The notes under the pieces were generated by a model that was not told the origin of the DNA, searched no databases, and saw nothing but the letters and a program-made list of their open reading frames with translations. Below, one piece after another: positions 47,223-58,240 of a DNA stretch of 64,000 bases (positions are counted from its first letter, which is position 1; each line of letters starts with the position of its first letter). Position numbers and translations under genes: made by a program. Source of the stretch: Alphaproteobacteria bacterium (GTDB lineage: Bacteria > Pseudomonadota > Alphaproteobacteria > CALKHQ01); contig CBDDFZ010000001.1 in NCBI GenBank assembly GCA_965227515.1, positions 1,632,001-1,696,000 of the forward strand. Reading direction: 5' to 3'.

Positions 47223-47885
47223 CTAGTGTCCCGCGTGGGCCAGTTCGCCGAGCGACGTCTCGTCGGTGATGGTGACCATACCGCGGGTCTGGTTCAGCCA
47301 GCCGCGGCGATGGAACTCCTGCAACTGGCGCGACACCACCTCGCGCGCGGTGCCGAGTTCGGAGGCGAGCTGCTGGTGGGTCGCCGCCACCTGGTGCGCC
47401 GGCGTCTGCAACTCCAACAGCTTCTGGGCCAGGCGGATGTCCATGCGCCGGAACGCCACTTCCTCGATCACCAGAAACAGGTCGGTGATGCGCTTGGAGT
47501 AGGCGGAGAAGACGAAGCGGCGGAACACCTCCGACGACGCGACCAACTGGTCGAACACCCGGCGCGGAATGGCGACCGCCTCGACATCGGTCTCGGTGAT
47601 GCCTTCGGCCAGATAGTCCTCATAGGCCAGCAGGCAGGCCGTGGTCAGCACGCAGCTTTCGCCCGCATGCACCCGGTAGAGCACGATCTCGCGCCCGCTC
47701 TCCGACACCTGCTGCACCCGCACCGTGCCGTCGAGCAGCAGCAGCATGTTTTCCGGCGCCTTGCCGGGCCCGAAGATGACGGTGCCTTTCGGCACCGATA
47801 CCACGGCGCTCTCGCCCACCAGCAGGTCGCGGATCTCCGGCTTCAGGCTGGCCAGTCCGGGGAAGTTGGCGATCCACTCCGTCAT
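47223..47885 (-). CDS. Crp/Fnr family transcriptional regulator
   Basis: GREIVLY..GESC cNMP-binding domain; THQQLASELGTAREVVSR HTH. Confidence 0.9.
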   Translation of the reverse strand: MTEWIANFPGLASLKPEIRDLLVGESAVVSVPKGTVIFGPGKAPENMLLLLDGTVRVQQVSESGREIVLYRVHAGESCVLTTACLLAYEDYLAEGITETDVEAVAIPRRVFDQLVASSEVFRRFVFSAYSKRITDLFLVIEEVAFRRMDIRLAQKLLELQTPAHQVAATHQQLASELGTAREVVSRQLQEFHRRGWLNQTRGMVTITDETSLGELAHAGH

Positions 47886-47894
47886 GGCGGCATC

Positions 47895-49352
47895 CTACGC
47901 CGAATTGCCGCCGCGCGTATCGCCTGTGATGTCCCTGTACAGCGCGTCGTAGGCGAGGGCGGATTGGTCCCAGCCCACCGGATGCGCCATCGCGCGGCGC
48001 TGCATGGTGCGCCACGCCTTGGCATCGGCGAAGACGTCGCAGGCGGTGGCCAGCGCCTGGGCCAGCGCATCGGCCGTCACCGGTGCGAACTGGAAGCCGG
48101 TGGCGACACCAGCCCGCATGGCGGCGTCGTTGGCGTCGATCACGGTGTCGGCCAGCCCGCCGGTGCGCGCCACGACCGGCAACGTGCCATAGCGCAGCCC
48201 ATAGAGCTGGGTCAGGCCGCACGGCTCGAAACGGGACGGCACGACGATGGCGTCGGCGCCCGCCTGCATCAGGTGCGACAGCGCCTCGTCATAGCCGATG
48301 CGCACGCCCAGCCGCTCCGGCATGCGGCGGCGTGCGCCCATGAAGGCATCCTCCAGGGCGGTGTCGCCGGCCCCCAGCAGCACCAGGCTGGCGCGCTCCA
48401 ACAGCGCGGGCAGGGCCTCCAGCAGCAGGTCCAGGCCCTTCTGCGCGGTCATCCGGCTGACCACGCAGAACAGCGGGCGGTCGGGGCAGGGCGCGATCTC
48501 GAACGCGCTGGCCAGGGCGGCCTTGTTCTTCGCCTTGCCTGATATCGCCCGCGCGGAATAGCTGGCGGCGATGTGCGGGTCGGCGGCCGGGTTCCACACG
48601 TCCAGGTCGATGCCGTTCAGGATGCCGCTGAGGTCGCCGGCCCGCCCGCGCAGCACCCCGTCCATCCCCATGCCGAACGCGGGCGTCATCAGCTCGCGCG
48701 CGTAGGTGGGGCTCACGGTCGTCAGCCGGTCGGCATAAACCAGACCCGCCTTCAGCATGCTGACCTGGCCGTAGTATTCCAGGCCCTCCGGCGTGAACAT
48801 GGCGGCCGGAATGTCCAGGGCGGACAGCGTCTCGGCCGGAAACAGCCCCTGGAAGGCGACGTTGTGGATGGAGATCACGGACGGGATCGCCGGACCCTTG
48901 GCGCCGCGCAGATAGGCCGGCACCAGGCCCGCCTGCCAGTCGTGGCAGTGGACAAGGTCGGGCCGCCAGCCGTCCGCCCCCTTTGTCGCGATGTCCGTCG
49001 CCACCCGGCAGAGCGCGCCATAGCGCAAATGGTTGTCCGGCCAGTCGCGCCCGTCCGGCCCCAGATAGGGGTTGCCCGGCCGGTCGAACAGGTGCGGCGC
49101 ATCCAGCAGCAGCAGGTCCAGTCCGGCCGTCTTGCCCGCCAGCACGTTCGCCTTGCCGCCAAAAAGGGCCTTGTAGCTGGCCGCCGGCGTTGCGTCCGAC
49201 AGCTTGCCGGCGAGCCCCCGATAGGCCGGCAGCAGCACCCGCACCTCGTGGCCCAGGGTGGCGAGCGCCTGTGGCAGCGCGCCGACGACATCGGCCAGCC
49301 CGCCGGTCTTGACCAGCGGCGCGCACTCCGACGCCACGAACAGGATGCGCAT
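47895..49352 (-). CDS. glgA: glycogen synthase
   Basis: KTGGLADV, HCHDWQ and PSRFEPCGL motifs. Confidence 0.95.
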   Translation of the reverse strand: MRILFVASECAPLVKTGGLADVVGALPQALATLGHEVRVLLPAYRGLAGKLSDATPAASYKALFGGKANVLAGKTAGLDLLLLDAPHLFDRPGNPYLGPDGRDWPDNHLRYGALCRVATDIATKGADGWRPDLVHCHDWQAGLVPAYLRGAKGPAIPSVISIHNVAFQGLFPAETLSALDIPAAMFTPEGLEYYGQVSMLKAGLVYADRLTTVSPTYARELMTPAFGMGMDGVLRGRAGDLSGILNGIDLDVWNPAADPHIAASYSARAISGKAKNKAALASAFEIAPCPDRPLFCVVSRMTAQKGLDLLLEALPALLERASLVLLGAGDTALEDAFMGARRRMPERLGVRIGYDEALSHLMQAGADAIVVPSRFEPCGLTQLYGLRYGTLPVVARTGGLADTVIDANDAAMRAGVATGFQFAPVTADALAQALATACDVFADAKAWRTMQRRAMAHPVGWDQSALAYDALYRDITGDTRGGNSA

Positions 49353-49355
49353 CGT

Positions 49356-50624
49356 CTACAGGCTGAGCTTGTCGATCATCGGCTGGGTGATCAGGCAGAT
49401 GCCGCCCTCGCTGATCCGGAACCGCTTGCCGTCGAGTTCAGGATCCTCGCCGACCACCAGCCCCTCCGGGATCTCCACGCCGCGGTCGAGGATGACGTTG
49501 GTCAGCCGCGCGTTGCGGTTCACCACGCAGTCCGGCAGCGCGACGACGCCGTTCAGCTCGCTGTAGGAATGGCAGCGCACATTGGTGAACAGCAGGCACT
49601 CGCGCAGCGACGAGCCGGAGATGACGCACCCGCCGGAGACCATGGAACTGACCGCCATGCCGCGCCGATCCTCCTCGTCGTGGATGAACTTGGCCGGCGG
49701 CGTGATCTCGGCATAGGTCCAGATCGGCCAGTCCTTGTCGTAGAGGTCGAGCTCCGGCGTAAAGTCGGTCAGGTCCTTGTTCGCCTGCCAGAAATTGTCC
49801 AGCGTGCCGACATCGCGCCAGTACGGTTCCGACTCGTCATCGCTGGTGACGCAGGACTGGGAGAAGCGGTGGGCGACGGCGCCGCCGCTCTCGACCAGCT
49901 TCGGGATGATGTTGCGGCCGAAATCGTGGGCGGATGCGGCATCGTCCATGTCTTCCAGCAGAACCTGGATCAACAGCTTGGTCTCGAACACGTAGATGCC
50001 CATGCTGGCCAGCGCCATGTCGGGCTTGTCCGGCATGCCGGGCGGATCGGCCGGCTTCTCCACGAAGTCGACGATGCGATCGGTCGTGTCGATCTTCATG
50101 ACGCCGAAGCCGGTCGCCTCCATGCGCGGCACTTCCAGGCAGCCCACGGTGACGGCCGCGCCGGAGTCGACGTGCTGCTGCAGCATCACCTCGTAGTCCA
50201 TCTTGTAGACGTGGTCGCCGGCCAGCACGACGATGTACTTCGGCTCGTAGCTCTCGATGATGTCGATGTTCTGGGTCACCGCGTCGGCAGTGCCCAGATA
50301 CCAGCGGTTCTCGTCGACGCGCTGCGAGGCGGGCAGGATGTCCAGCATCTCGTTGCGCTCGGCCCGGAAGAAGCTCCAGCCCCGCTGCAGATGGCGGACC
50401 AGGCTGTGCGCCTTGTACTGGGTGGCGACACAGATGCGGCGGATGCCCGAATTGACCGCGTTCGACAGGGCGAAATCGATGATGCGGCTCTTGCCGCCGA
50501 AATAGACGGCCGGTTTCGCGCGCTTGTCGGTGAGTTCCAGCAGCCGGCTGCCGCGCCCGCCGGCCAGGACAAACGCCATGGTATCGCGCGCCAGAATGCG
50601 CGGGGTGGACAGTTGTCTGGGCAT
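49356..50624 (-). CDS. glgC: glucose-1-phosphate adenylyltransferase
   Basis: [26 protein letters not shown] and YWRDVGT motifs. Confidence 0.95.
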   Translation of the reverse strand: MPRQLSTPRILARDTMAFVLAGGRGSRLLELTDKRAKPAVYFGGKSRIIDFALSNAVNSGIRRICVATQYKAHSLVRHLQRGWSFFRAERNEMLDILPASQRVDENRWYLGTADAVTQNIDIIESYEPKYIVVLAGDHVYKMDYEVMLQQHVDSGAAVTVGCLEVPRMEATGFGVMKIDTTDRIVDFVEKPADPPGMPDKPDMALASMGIYVFETKLLIQVLLEDMDDAASAHDFGRNIIPKLVESGGAVAHRFSQSCVTSDDESEPYWRDVGTLDNFWQANKDLTDFTPELDLYDKDWPIWTYAEITPPAKFIHDEEDRRGMAVSSMVSGGCVISGSSLRECLLFTNVRCHSYSELNGVVALPDCVVNRNARLTNVILDRGVEIPEGLVVGEDPELDGKRFRISEGGICLITQPMIDKLSL

Positions 50625-50867
50625 GGTCCCGATCTCCTCCCGTTCGCCTCCGTGTCGCACCCATTGTAGGGCGTGTGCCGTGGCGCGCCAGCCGTGTCTC
50701 CGCCGCCTTGCGTTTTTCGTGGCTGCCATTCGATGGCGACGCATGGTCGCTTGCAATGGCCGGCTCCGCGGGCCTGCGTTATTGTTGCGCCGAACCGGGC
50801 CGCGCCACCACCATGGACTGGCACAAGGCCCCGGCACAAATCAGCTATTACAGGGATTTTTCGGGAC

Positions 50868-51974
50868 ATGAATGGACCATTTCGAGCCGACCACGTTGGC
50901 AGCTTCCTGCGGCCGCCCCGCCTGATCGAGGCGCGCAAGCGGTTTGCCGACGGCGAGTGCACGGCTGAAGACTTGCGCGAGGTGGAGGACGACTGCATCC
51001 GCGAGGTCGTGGGCAAGCAGCAGGATGTGGGCCTGCGCGGCATCACCGACGGCGAGTTCCGCCGCACCTTCTTCCACGTCGATTTCCTGGAGCACCTGGA
51101 CGGCGTGACCGTGACCGAGGGCAAGTTCGTGGCCAGGTTCCGCAAGTCCGACGGCACCGACCTCGGCTTCAACCCGCCGACCATGAAGGTGACCGGCAAG
51201 CTCGGCCACACCCATTCCATCCAGGGCGCCGACTTCGACTATCTGAAGTCGGTCGTGTCGGCGACGCCGAAAGTCACCATTCCGGCACCGTCCATGCTGC
51301 ACTTCCGCGGCGGCCGCGAGGGCATCTCCAGCGAGGCCTACCCGGACCTGGACCAGTTCTATGACGACCTGACCGCGGCGTACCGCGACGAGCTTGCTGA
51401 CCTGGCCGACCGCGGCTGCCGCTATTTGCAGATGGACGACACCAACCTGGCCTATCTGTGCGACCCGGCGATCCGCGCCAAGACCAAGGAGCGCGGCGAC
51501 GACCCGGATGCACTGACCCGGCTCTATTGCCGGCTGGTCAATGATTCGATCCGGGACCGGCCCGACGACATGGTGATCGGCGTCCACCTGTGCCGCGGCA
51601 ACTTCAAGAGCGCGTGGGTGGCGGAAGGCGGTTACGAGCCGGTGGCGGAGACGCTGTTCAACGAGATGGACATCGACGCCTTCTTCCTGGAGTACGACGA
51701 CGAGCGCTCGGGCGACTTCGCGCCGTTGCGCTTCATGCCCAAGGGCAAGACCGTCGTCCTCGGCCTGATGAGCTCCAAGCTGGCCGCGGTGGAAAGCGCC
51801 GACGACATCAAGAAGCGCATCGACGAGGCGGCGCAGTACGTGCCGCTGGACCAGTGCGCGCTGAGCCACCAGTGCGGCTTCTCATCCACCGCCCACGGCA
51901 ACGAGCTGACCGACGAGGACCAGTGGCGCAAGCTGGAGCGGTGCGTGGAGGTGGCGCGCGACGTTTGGGGCTGA
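50868..51974 (+). CDS. cobalamin-independent methionine synthase II family (single-barrel MetE-like)
   Basis: RADHVGSFLRP, TDGEFRR, HLCRGN, LEYD and QCGF Zn ligands. Confidence 0.85.
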   Translation: MNGPFRADHVGSFLRPPRLIEARKRFADGECTAEDLREVEDDCIREVVGKQQDVGLRGITDGEFRRTFFHVDFLEHLDGVTVTEGKFVARFRKSDGTDLGFNPPTMKVTGKLGHTHSIQGADFDYLKSVVSATPKVTIPAPSMLHFRGGREGISSEAYPDLDQFYDDLTAAYRDELADLADRGCRYLQMDDTNLAYLCDPAIRAKTKERGDDPDALTRLYCRLVNDSIRDRPDDMVIGVHLCRGNFKSAWVAEGGYEPVAETLFNEMDIDAFFLEYDDERSGDFAPLRFMPKGKTVVLGLMSSKLAAVESADDIKKRIDEAAQYVPLDQCALSHQCGFSSTAHGNELTDEDQWRKLERCVEVARDVWG

Positions 51975-52114
51975 TGCCGGCGCCACCGAGCGACGGCGCC
52001 GGTTGCCGCTCAGGGGAACGTGCGTTGACGCTCGGGTCCTGAGACGCCACAGTAGATGCATTCTAAATAAGGTCCGGATCGCGAACCCGGTCCACGTTGG
52101 GGAGGATCAATCGC

Positions 52115-53158
52115 ATGTCACTGAACAAAGCCAAGCTGCTCGGCATTCTGGGGACGGCCACGGCCCTGGCCGCGCTGTCCAATGCCGCCAGCGCGCAGGA
52201 GTACACGCTGACCCTGCATCACCTGTTGGGGCCGCAATCGCCGGCGCACACCAACATGCTGCAGCCGTGGGCGGACCGGGTGAACGAGGCGACCGACGGC
52301 CGGGTGCTGATCGAAATCTACCCGGCCATGTCGCTCGGCGGGGCGCCGCCGGAGCTGATCAATCAGGTGCGCGACGGCGTCGTCGACCTGATCTGGACGG
52401 TCAACGGCTACACCGCCGGCCTGTTCCCGCGCTCAGAGGTGTTCGAACTGCCGTTCGTGCACACCAACGATACGGTCGCGACCAACCTGGCGATGGCCGA
52501 GTTGTTCGACGAGTTTCTGGCCGAGGAGTACCAGGGCACCAAGGTGATGTGGACCCACGTCCACGCCGGACAGGCGATCCACATGGTGGATCAGGAGGTC
52601 CGCTCGCCGGCCGACCTGGACGGCCTGGAAATGCGCATTCCGACCCGCACGGGCGCCTGGGTGCTGGAGGCGTTGGGCGCGATCCCGACCAGCATGCCGG
52701 TGCCCGACCTGCCGCAGGCGCTCTCGCAGAAGGTGGTGGACGGGGCGTTGATCCCGTTCGAGATCATCCCGCCGCTGGGCTTGCAGGACCTGACCCAGTA
52801 CCAGATCGAGGGCCACGACTCGATCCGCTTCGGGACCACGACGTTCCAGGTCTCCATGAACATCGACACCTGGGAGAGCCTGCCCGAGGACATTCAGCAG
52901 GCGATCGAGGAGGTCAACAGCGAGGCGTGGCTGCGCGAGGTTGGCGAGATGTGGACGGCGGCGGAGACCGGTGGCCTGAACATGGCGATCGAGGCCGGCA
53001 ACACGCACATCCAGCTCAGCGAGGAAGAGATTCAGGCTTTCCGCGACGCGTTGGAGCCTGTGGTCGAGCGCTGGATCGAGGATGTCGAGTCGCAGGGCAT
53101 CGACGGCCGCGCGCTGGTGGAAGCGGCCCGCGAGGCGATTGCGCGCCACGCGCAATAG
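52115..53158 (+). CDS. dctP: TRAP transporter substrate-binding protein
   Basis: Signal peptide; YTAGLFP..FELPF and DLDGLEMR motifs. Confidence 0.9.
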   Translation: MSLNKAKLLGILGTATALAALSNAASAQEYTLTLHHLLGPQSPAHTNMLQPWADRVNEATDGRVLIEIYPAMSLGGAPPELINQVRDGVVDLIWTVNGYTAGLFPRSEVFELPFVHTNDTVATNLAMAELFDEFLAEEYQGTKVMWTHVHAGQAIHMVDQEVRSPADLDGLEMRIPTRTGAWVLEALGAIPTSMPVPDLPQALSQKVVDGALIPFEIIPPLGLQDLTQYQIEGHDSIRFGTTTFQVSMNIDTWESLPEDIQQAIEEVNSEAWLREVGEMWTAAETGGLNMAIEAGNTHIQLSEEEIQAFRDALEPVVERWIEDVESQGIDGRALVEAAREAIARHAQ

Positions 53159-53167
53159 CGCCGTCTC

Positions 53168-53686
53168 GTGACAGATCAGACGTTGACGCGGGCGGGGCCT
53201 CTGGGTCTCGCCCGCTGGGTCATTATGGCCTGGGCGGTGGCCGGCGGGGTGGTGCTGCTCGCCCTGGTGCTGTTCACCGCCATCAGTCTGGTCTCCAACA
53301 AGTTCCTCGGTGAGTCGCTGCCCGGCGAGTACGAGATGGCCGAAGTCGGCGTGGCCATCGCCGCGTTCGCGTTCCTGCCCTACTGCCAGCTTATCGGCGG
53401 CAATGTCAGCGCCGATATCTTCACCCAGCGGGCAGGCCGGCGGACGGTCGCCATCCTGACCATGATCGGTGCCGTGGTGGCGTTCCTGTTTGCAGCACTG
53501 CTGCTGTGGCGGATGAGCCTGGGCATGATCGACACCAAGGGCTATGGCCTGAAGACGGCGATCCTGGGCTTCCCGATCTGGATCGCCTTCATCCCCATAC
53601 TGGTGTCGCTGTTCCTGCTGGTCGTCGCGTCCTTCATTTCGATCCTGGAAGCCGGGCGCGACACCAAGCGTTCCGCGCAGACCTGA
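53168..53686 (+). CDS. dctQ: TRAP transporter small permease
   Basis: Four TM helices, located between dctP and dctM. Confidence 0.85.
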   Translation: MTDQTLTRAGPLGLARWVIMAWAVAGGVVLLALVLFTAISLVSNKFLGESLPGEYEMAEVGVAIAAFAFLPYCQLIGGNVSADIFTQRAGRRTVAILTMIGAVVAFLFAALLLWRMSLGMIDTKGYGLKTAILGFPIWIAFIPILVSLFLLVVASFISILEAGRDTKRSAQT

Positions 53687-53711
53687 GCGCATATCGGGGC
53701 GGACGCGGCGG

Positions 53712-55034
53712 GTGGAATACAACCTTCTCATAGGCCTTGCCGGCCTCGTCTGCCTGATCGGGCTGATCGCCCTGCGCATGCCGATCGCCTACAGCATGAT
53801 CCTGATCGGCGCGGTGGGGACGGTCATTCTCAGCGGGCCCAACGCACTGTTGGGCCAGCTCAAGAGCCTGGGCTACAGCGTCTTCTCCAACTACGGGCTG
53901 TCGGTGGTGCCGATGTTCGTGCTGATGGGCGCGATCGCCACCAAGTCCGGGCTGAGCCGCGACCTGTTTCGTGCCGCCAACGCCTGGCTGGGCTGGATGC
54001 GCGGCGGCGTGGCGATCTCCGCCATTGCCGCCTGCGCCGGCTTCGGCTCGGTCTGCGGCTCGTCGCTGGCCACCGCATCGACCATGGGCAAGGTCGCCCT
54101 GCCGGAGCTCAGGCGCTACAACTACGCGCCGTCACTGGCCACCGGCACGCTCGCTGCCGGCGGTGTGCTCGGCATCCTGATCCCGCCATCTGTGGTGCTG
54201 GTGGTCTACGCCATCATTGTCGAGGCCAACATCGTGGCCATGTTCATGGCCGCGTTCCTGCCCGGCCTGATCGCGGTCATCCTGTTCTGCATCACCATCG
54301 GCATCTATGTGCGCTTGCGGCCCAATGCCGGCCCGCCGGGCGAGCGGGTGTCGCGCGCCGAACTGGGGGCGGCGACCGTGCGCGTGTTGCCGGTGCTGGT
54401 GATCTTCGGCCTGGTCATCGGCGGCATCTATTTCGGGTTCTTCAACCCGACGCCGGCCGCCGCGATTGGCGTGTTCCTGGTCGCGGTCTACGGCATCGGC
54501 CGCGGCTTGGTGCGGCTGCCGGAAATGCGCGACGCGCTGCTGGAGACCGCCAAGACCACGGGCATGATCTATCTGATCCTGCTGGGGGCGGAACTGCTGA
54601 AGATCTTCATGGCGCGCGGGCGCGTGCCGCAGGCCGCCGCCGACATGATCGTCAATTCCGGCCTGTCGCCCTACATGGTGCTGGTTCTGATCCTGCTGGC
54701 GCTGATCCTGCTTGGCTGCCTGATGGACAGCCTGTCGATGATCCTGCTGGTGATCCCGTTCTTCTGGCCGGCGATCTCGGCGCTCGACTTCGGCATGCAT
54801 CCGGACGAGTTGAAGATCTGGTTCGGCATCCTGGCCCTGATCGTGGTCGAGCTGGGCCTGATCACACCACCGGTGGGCCTGAACGTGTTCGTCATATCGG
54901 AAATGGCCAAGGACGTGCCGATGCGCGACACATTCCTTGGCGTGATGCCGTTCTTTGCGGCGGAGATCGTGCGGGTCTCGATCATTATCGCATTCCCGAC
55001 GCTGGCGCTGATCGGACCGCAGCTCCTGCTTTGA
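53712..55034 (+). CDS. dctM: TRAP transporter large permease
   Basis: VPMFVLMG, GSSLATA, LIPPS and ITPPVG motifs. Confidence 0.9.
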   Translation: MEYNLLIGLAGLVCLIGLIALRMPIAYSMILIGAVGTVILSGPNALLGQLKSLGYSVFSNYGLSVVPMFVLMGAIATKSGLSRDLFRAANAWLGWMRGGVAISAIAACAGFGSVCGSSLATASTMGKVALPELRRYNYAPSLATGTLAAGGVLGILIPPSVVLVVYAIIVEANIVAMFMAAFLPGLIAVILFCITIGIYVRLRPNAGPPGERVSRAELGAATVRVLPVLVIFGLVIGGIYFGFFNPTPAAAIGVFLVAVYGIGRGLVRLPEMRDALLETAKTTGMIYLILLGAELLKIFMARGRVPQAAADMIVNSGLSPYMVLVLILLALILLGCLMDSLSMILLVIPFFWPAISALDFGMHPDELKIWFGILALIVVELGLITPPVGLNVFVISEMAKDVPMRDTFLGVMPFFAAEIVRVSIIIAFPTLALIGPQLLL

Positions 55035-55094
55035 GCGGACTTTGATGCGAATGCGCTGAAGCGCAGATACTGCGTGAGCGACAAACACCTGGCA

Positions 55095-55275
55095 TCGTCG
55101 CCCTCGCCCTTGTGGCGAGGGCCCATGCAAGTGCGGGACTCCTACTGTCCGGGGTTTGTTCGAAGTCGATGCAGCAATGCCCGCGGGGCAATTGCCACGC
55201 CGTTCGGCGTCAGCCACCTAATACGTTGGCGTATTGGACGAGAATGGGTCCTCGCCACAAGGGCGAGGACGACGA
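55095..55275. repeat. CGTC-type REP doublet
   Basis: TCGTCGCCCTCGCCCTTGTGGCGAGGGCCCAT (55095-126) and inverted ATGGGTCCTCGCCACAAGGGCGAGGACGACGA (55244-275). Confidence 0.85.
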
Positions 55276-55313
55276 GAGGGAACGTCGGCGGCTCGGCCTA
55301 CGCGAAGAACGAG

Positions 55314-56057
55314 CTAATCGAACAACTGGTCGATGTCGTCCTGCGAGATGCCCTCGGCGCCGGTCGACGGGCCGCTGAGCGCGACATCGTCGTCCATCGA
55401 GCCGTCGTCCAGCGTCACCGGCATCGCCTCCAGCTCGCCGGTGCCCCAAACGTCGGCCATCCGGTTCAGCCGCTCTTCGATGTACTTGATGACCTCGACG
55501 ACCTTGCGGGTCCGCTGCCCGGTGATGTCCTGGAAGTTCGACGCTTCGTAGATCGAGGTGATCGCGTCGCTCATCTTGTCGGTGCAGTTCGCGATGAACT
55601 GGTCGTCGGAGTTGGCGTCCCGCACCTGACCGATCAGGTCTTCCAGCGTCTCCGCCATCGCCAGGATGGAGGACGTCGCGTCCTCGGTCTGCTCGACGAT
55701 CAGGTCCATCTGCCGGCTGGCCCGCGCAAATTCGTCGTTGGGCGAGTTCGGGTGGCGCAGGGCGGCGATCTCTTCCTTCGTGGTCTTGATGCGATCCTGC
55801 ATGTCGAAGACGTCGCGCACCAGCCGGTCTTCGATCTCTTCCAGCTTCGGCAGCGCATTGACCTTCACGTCCAGGGCCTTCAGCGACTCCTGGATTTCGG
55901 CGATCGCCTTCGCGGCGTCCTCGCTCAAGCCAGCGGGGCCATCCTGGTTGGCGGGCGGGCCCAATAGACCGCCCGGCCGCCCGTTCTGTGGCTTCCTGCG
56001 CTCGATGGTGAAAACCTTGCGGCCGGCGGCTGCGTTCATCGCGTATGTCCTTGCCAA
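55314..56057 (-). CDS. cheZ: chemotaxis phosphatase CheZ (alphaproteobacterial type)
   Basis: TEDAT..IL, IYEASNFQDITGQR and C-terminal SQDDIDQLFD. Confidence 0.85.
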   Translation of the reverse strand: MARTYAMNAAAGRKVFTIERRKPQNGRPGGLLGPPANQDGPAGLSEDAAKAIAEIQESLKALDVKVNALPKLEEIEDRLVRDVFDMQDRIKTTKEEIAALRHPNSPNDEFARASRQMDLIVEQTEDATSSILAMAETLEDLIGQVRDANSDDQFIANCTDKMSDAITSIYEASNFQDITGQRTRKVVEVIKYIEERLNRMADVWGTGELEAMPVTLDDGSMDDDVALSGPSTGAEGISQDDIDQLFD

Positions 56058-56163
56058 ATACGAACGTCGGTGCGCGCGCTACATGCGGGCGCACAAGTCA
56101 GCTCGTAGAATGCCAGAGCGCGGTGAAGCTTCCGTAAATTGAACGTTCCGGGCAGGACACAGC

Positions 56164-57981
56164 TTAACGCCCGGCGGCGTATCCCTGGGAAAACCTGGGG
56201 TTTGCGCCGGCGCGCAGCACGCCGTCGTCGCAGGCCACCGCGCTGATCCGGCCCAGCGACCAGTCCTCTTCCACGGTCACGCCGTGGCCGCGCCGTCTGA
56301 GATCGGCCACGGTCGCGGCATCGAACCGGCCCTCGACGGAGAGCTGATTGACCATCGGCTGGCGCGGATAGAACGACGACGAGAAGTGCTTCACGTCGAA
56401 CATCGGGGTGTCGATGGAGGCCTGGATGCCCATGCCATGGTGCAGCCAGCGCAGAAAGAAGGTCAGCGACCACTGGTCCTGCTGGTCGCCGCCGGGGGTG
56501 CCGAAGGCCAGGTGACCCTTGCCATCGCGCAGCGCCATGCTGGGCGTCAGCGTGGTGCGCGGGCGGCGGCCCGGCGCCAGCACGGTAGTGGCTCGCTCAT
56601 CGAGCCAGAACATCTGTGCGCGCGTGCCCAGGCAGAAGCCGAGCTCCGGAATGGTGGGCGAGCTTTGCAGCCAGCCGCCGCTGGGGGTGGCCGAGACCAT
56701 GTTGCCGTCGCGGTCGACGACATCCAGGTGGCAGGTGTCGCCCATCGCGCGGTCCCTGACCGCGTCGCGCGCCGCATCGTTGTTCGCGACGTTGGCGAAG
56801 GCGCGGGTCGGCTCGTTGGCGGCGGCCATCATGTCGCCGGTCAGCGCCGCCGGGTCCAGCATCGGCAGGTAGGGGGTCCGTCCGCCGGGCGCGCCGGGGC
56901 GATAGGCTTCCGACGCACTGTCCACCGCCACGTCGGCGCGCCGCGCCGCGGCGTAGCTGTCGCTCAACAGGTCATCCATGGGGACGTCGGCGAAATCCGG
57001 GTCGGCGTACCAGGCATCGCGGTCGGCGAAGGCGAGCTTGGCGCATTCCGCGACCGTGTGCACGAAGTCGGCGCCGACCGGGTCCATCGCCGCGAGGTCG
57101 TACTCCTTCAGCAGTGCCAGTTGCTGCAGGAACACCGGCCCCTGGCTCCAGGGACCGGGCTTGCAGATGGTGAGCCCGCCATAGTCGTAGGTCAGCGGCG
57201 CCTCGACAGGCGCCGACCATTTCGCCATGTCGTCGCCGGTCAGCACCCCGGCGTTGCGCTGGCCGGAACCGTCCATGTAGGCGTCGCGGCAGAAGCGGTC
57301 GATCGCATCGGCGACGAAGCCGCGATAGAACGCGTCGCGCGCGGCCGAAATATGCGCATGGCGGTCGCCGCCGGCCGCCTCGGCGGTCTCGACGATGCGG
57401 GTGTAGGTGGCCGCCAGCTGCGGATTGCGGAACAGCCGGACCAGCGAGGGCGGATTGCCGCCGGGCAGGTAGAGTTCCGCCGACCCCGGCCATTCGTCGC
57501 GGAACAGGTCGGCCACCGACGCGATGGCGCCCAGAATGCCCGGCACCAGCGGATAGCCGTCGGCGGCGTAACCGATGGCCGGCGCCATCACCTCGCGCGG
57601 CGTCATGGTGCCGTATTCGGCCAGCATGGTCATCCAGGCGTCGAACGCGCCCGGCACGCAGGCGGCCAGCAGGCCGTCGCCGGGGATGATGCCGATCCCC
57701 TGGGCGCGGTAGTGTTCCAGTGTGGCGCCGGCCGGGGTGACCCCCTGGCCGCAGATCACGTCGGTCTCGCCCGACACGGCGCGGTGCGCGATGATCGGCA
57801 GGTCGCCGCCGGGGCCGTTCAGGTGCGGCTCCACCACTTGCAGCACGAAGCCGGCTGCCACCGCCGCATCGAACGCGTTGCCGCCCTTCTCAAGCGTCGC
57901 CATGCCGACCGCGGTGGCGAGCCAGTGGGTGGACGCCACCATGCCGAAGGTGCCGGTCAGTTCCGGTCGAGTGGTGAACAT
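56164..57981 (-). CDS. ggt: gamma-glutamyltransferase family protein
   Basis: GGNAFDAAVA, DTCHLDVVD nucleophile Thr, RTTLTP and GTPGGD motifs. Confidence 0.9.
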   Translation of the reverse strand: MFTTRPELTGTFGMVASTHWLATAVGMATLEKGGNAFDAAVAAGFVLQVVEPHLNGPGGDLPIIAHRAVSGETDVICGQGVTPAGATLEHYRAQGIGIIPGDGLLAACVPGAFDAWMTMLAEYGTMTPREVMAPAIGYAADGYPLVPGILGAIASVADLFRDEWPGSAELYLPGGNPPSLVRLFRNPQLAATYTRIVETAEAAGGDRHAHISAARDAFYRGFVADAIDRFCRDAYMDGSGQRNAGVLTGDDMAKWSAPVEAPLTYDYGGLTICKPGPWSQGPVFLQQLALLKEYDLAAMDPVGADFVHTVAECAKLAFADRDAWYADPDFADVPMDDLLSDSYAAARRADVAVDSASEAYRPGAPGGRTPYLPMLDPAALTGDMMAAANEPTRAFANVANNDAARDAVRDRAMGDTCHLDVVDRDGNMVSATPSGGWLQSSPTIPELGFCLGTRAQMFWLDERATTVLAPGRRPRTTLTPSMALRDGKGHLAFGTPGGDQQDQWSLTFFLRWLHHGMGIQASIDTPMFDVKHFSSSFYPRQPMVNQLSVEGRFDAATVADLRRRGHGVTVEEDWSLGRISAVACDDGVLRAGANPRFSQGYAAGR

Positions 57982-58240
57982 GGGCGGGCCTCCGGTTGCG
58001 ATGCCCCCATCGCGATATCGGTGGGAGGCGGGTTGGGGGTTGCAGCATACAGCAACCCGGGCCCCTTGCGGACCTTGCGGCAGGCAGATATCACAGGCGC
58101 CCGAAGGAACATATGCGTGAAGCACATGCGCACCGAAAAGCACGCCGACACCTGCCTGTGTTCCGCGCGATGACGCGGCTCCATTACGCGACAACGCGAC
58201 CAGCCACCCAGACAACGCCCACGCGACTGCGACGCTGACC

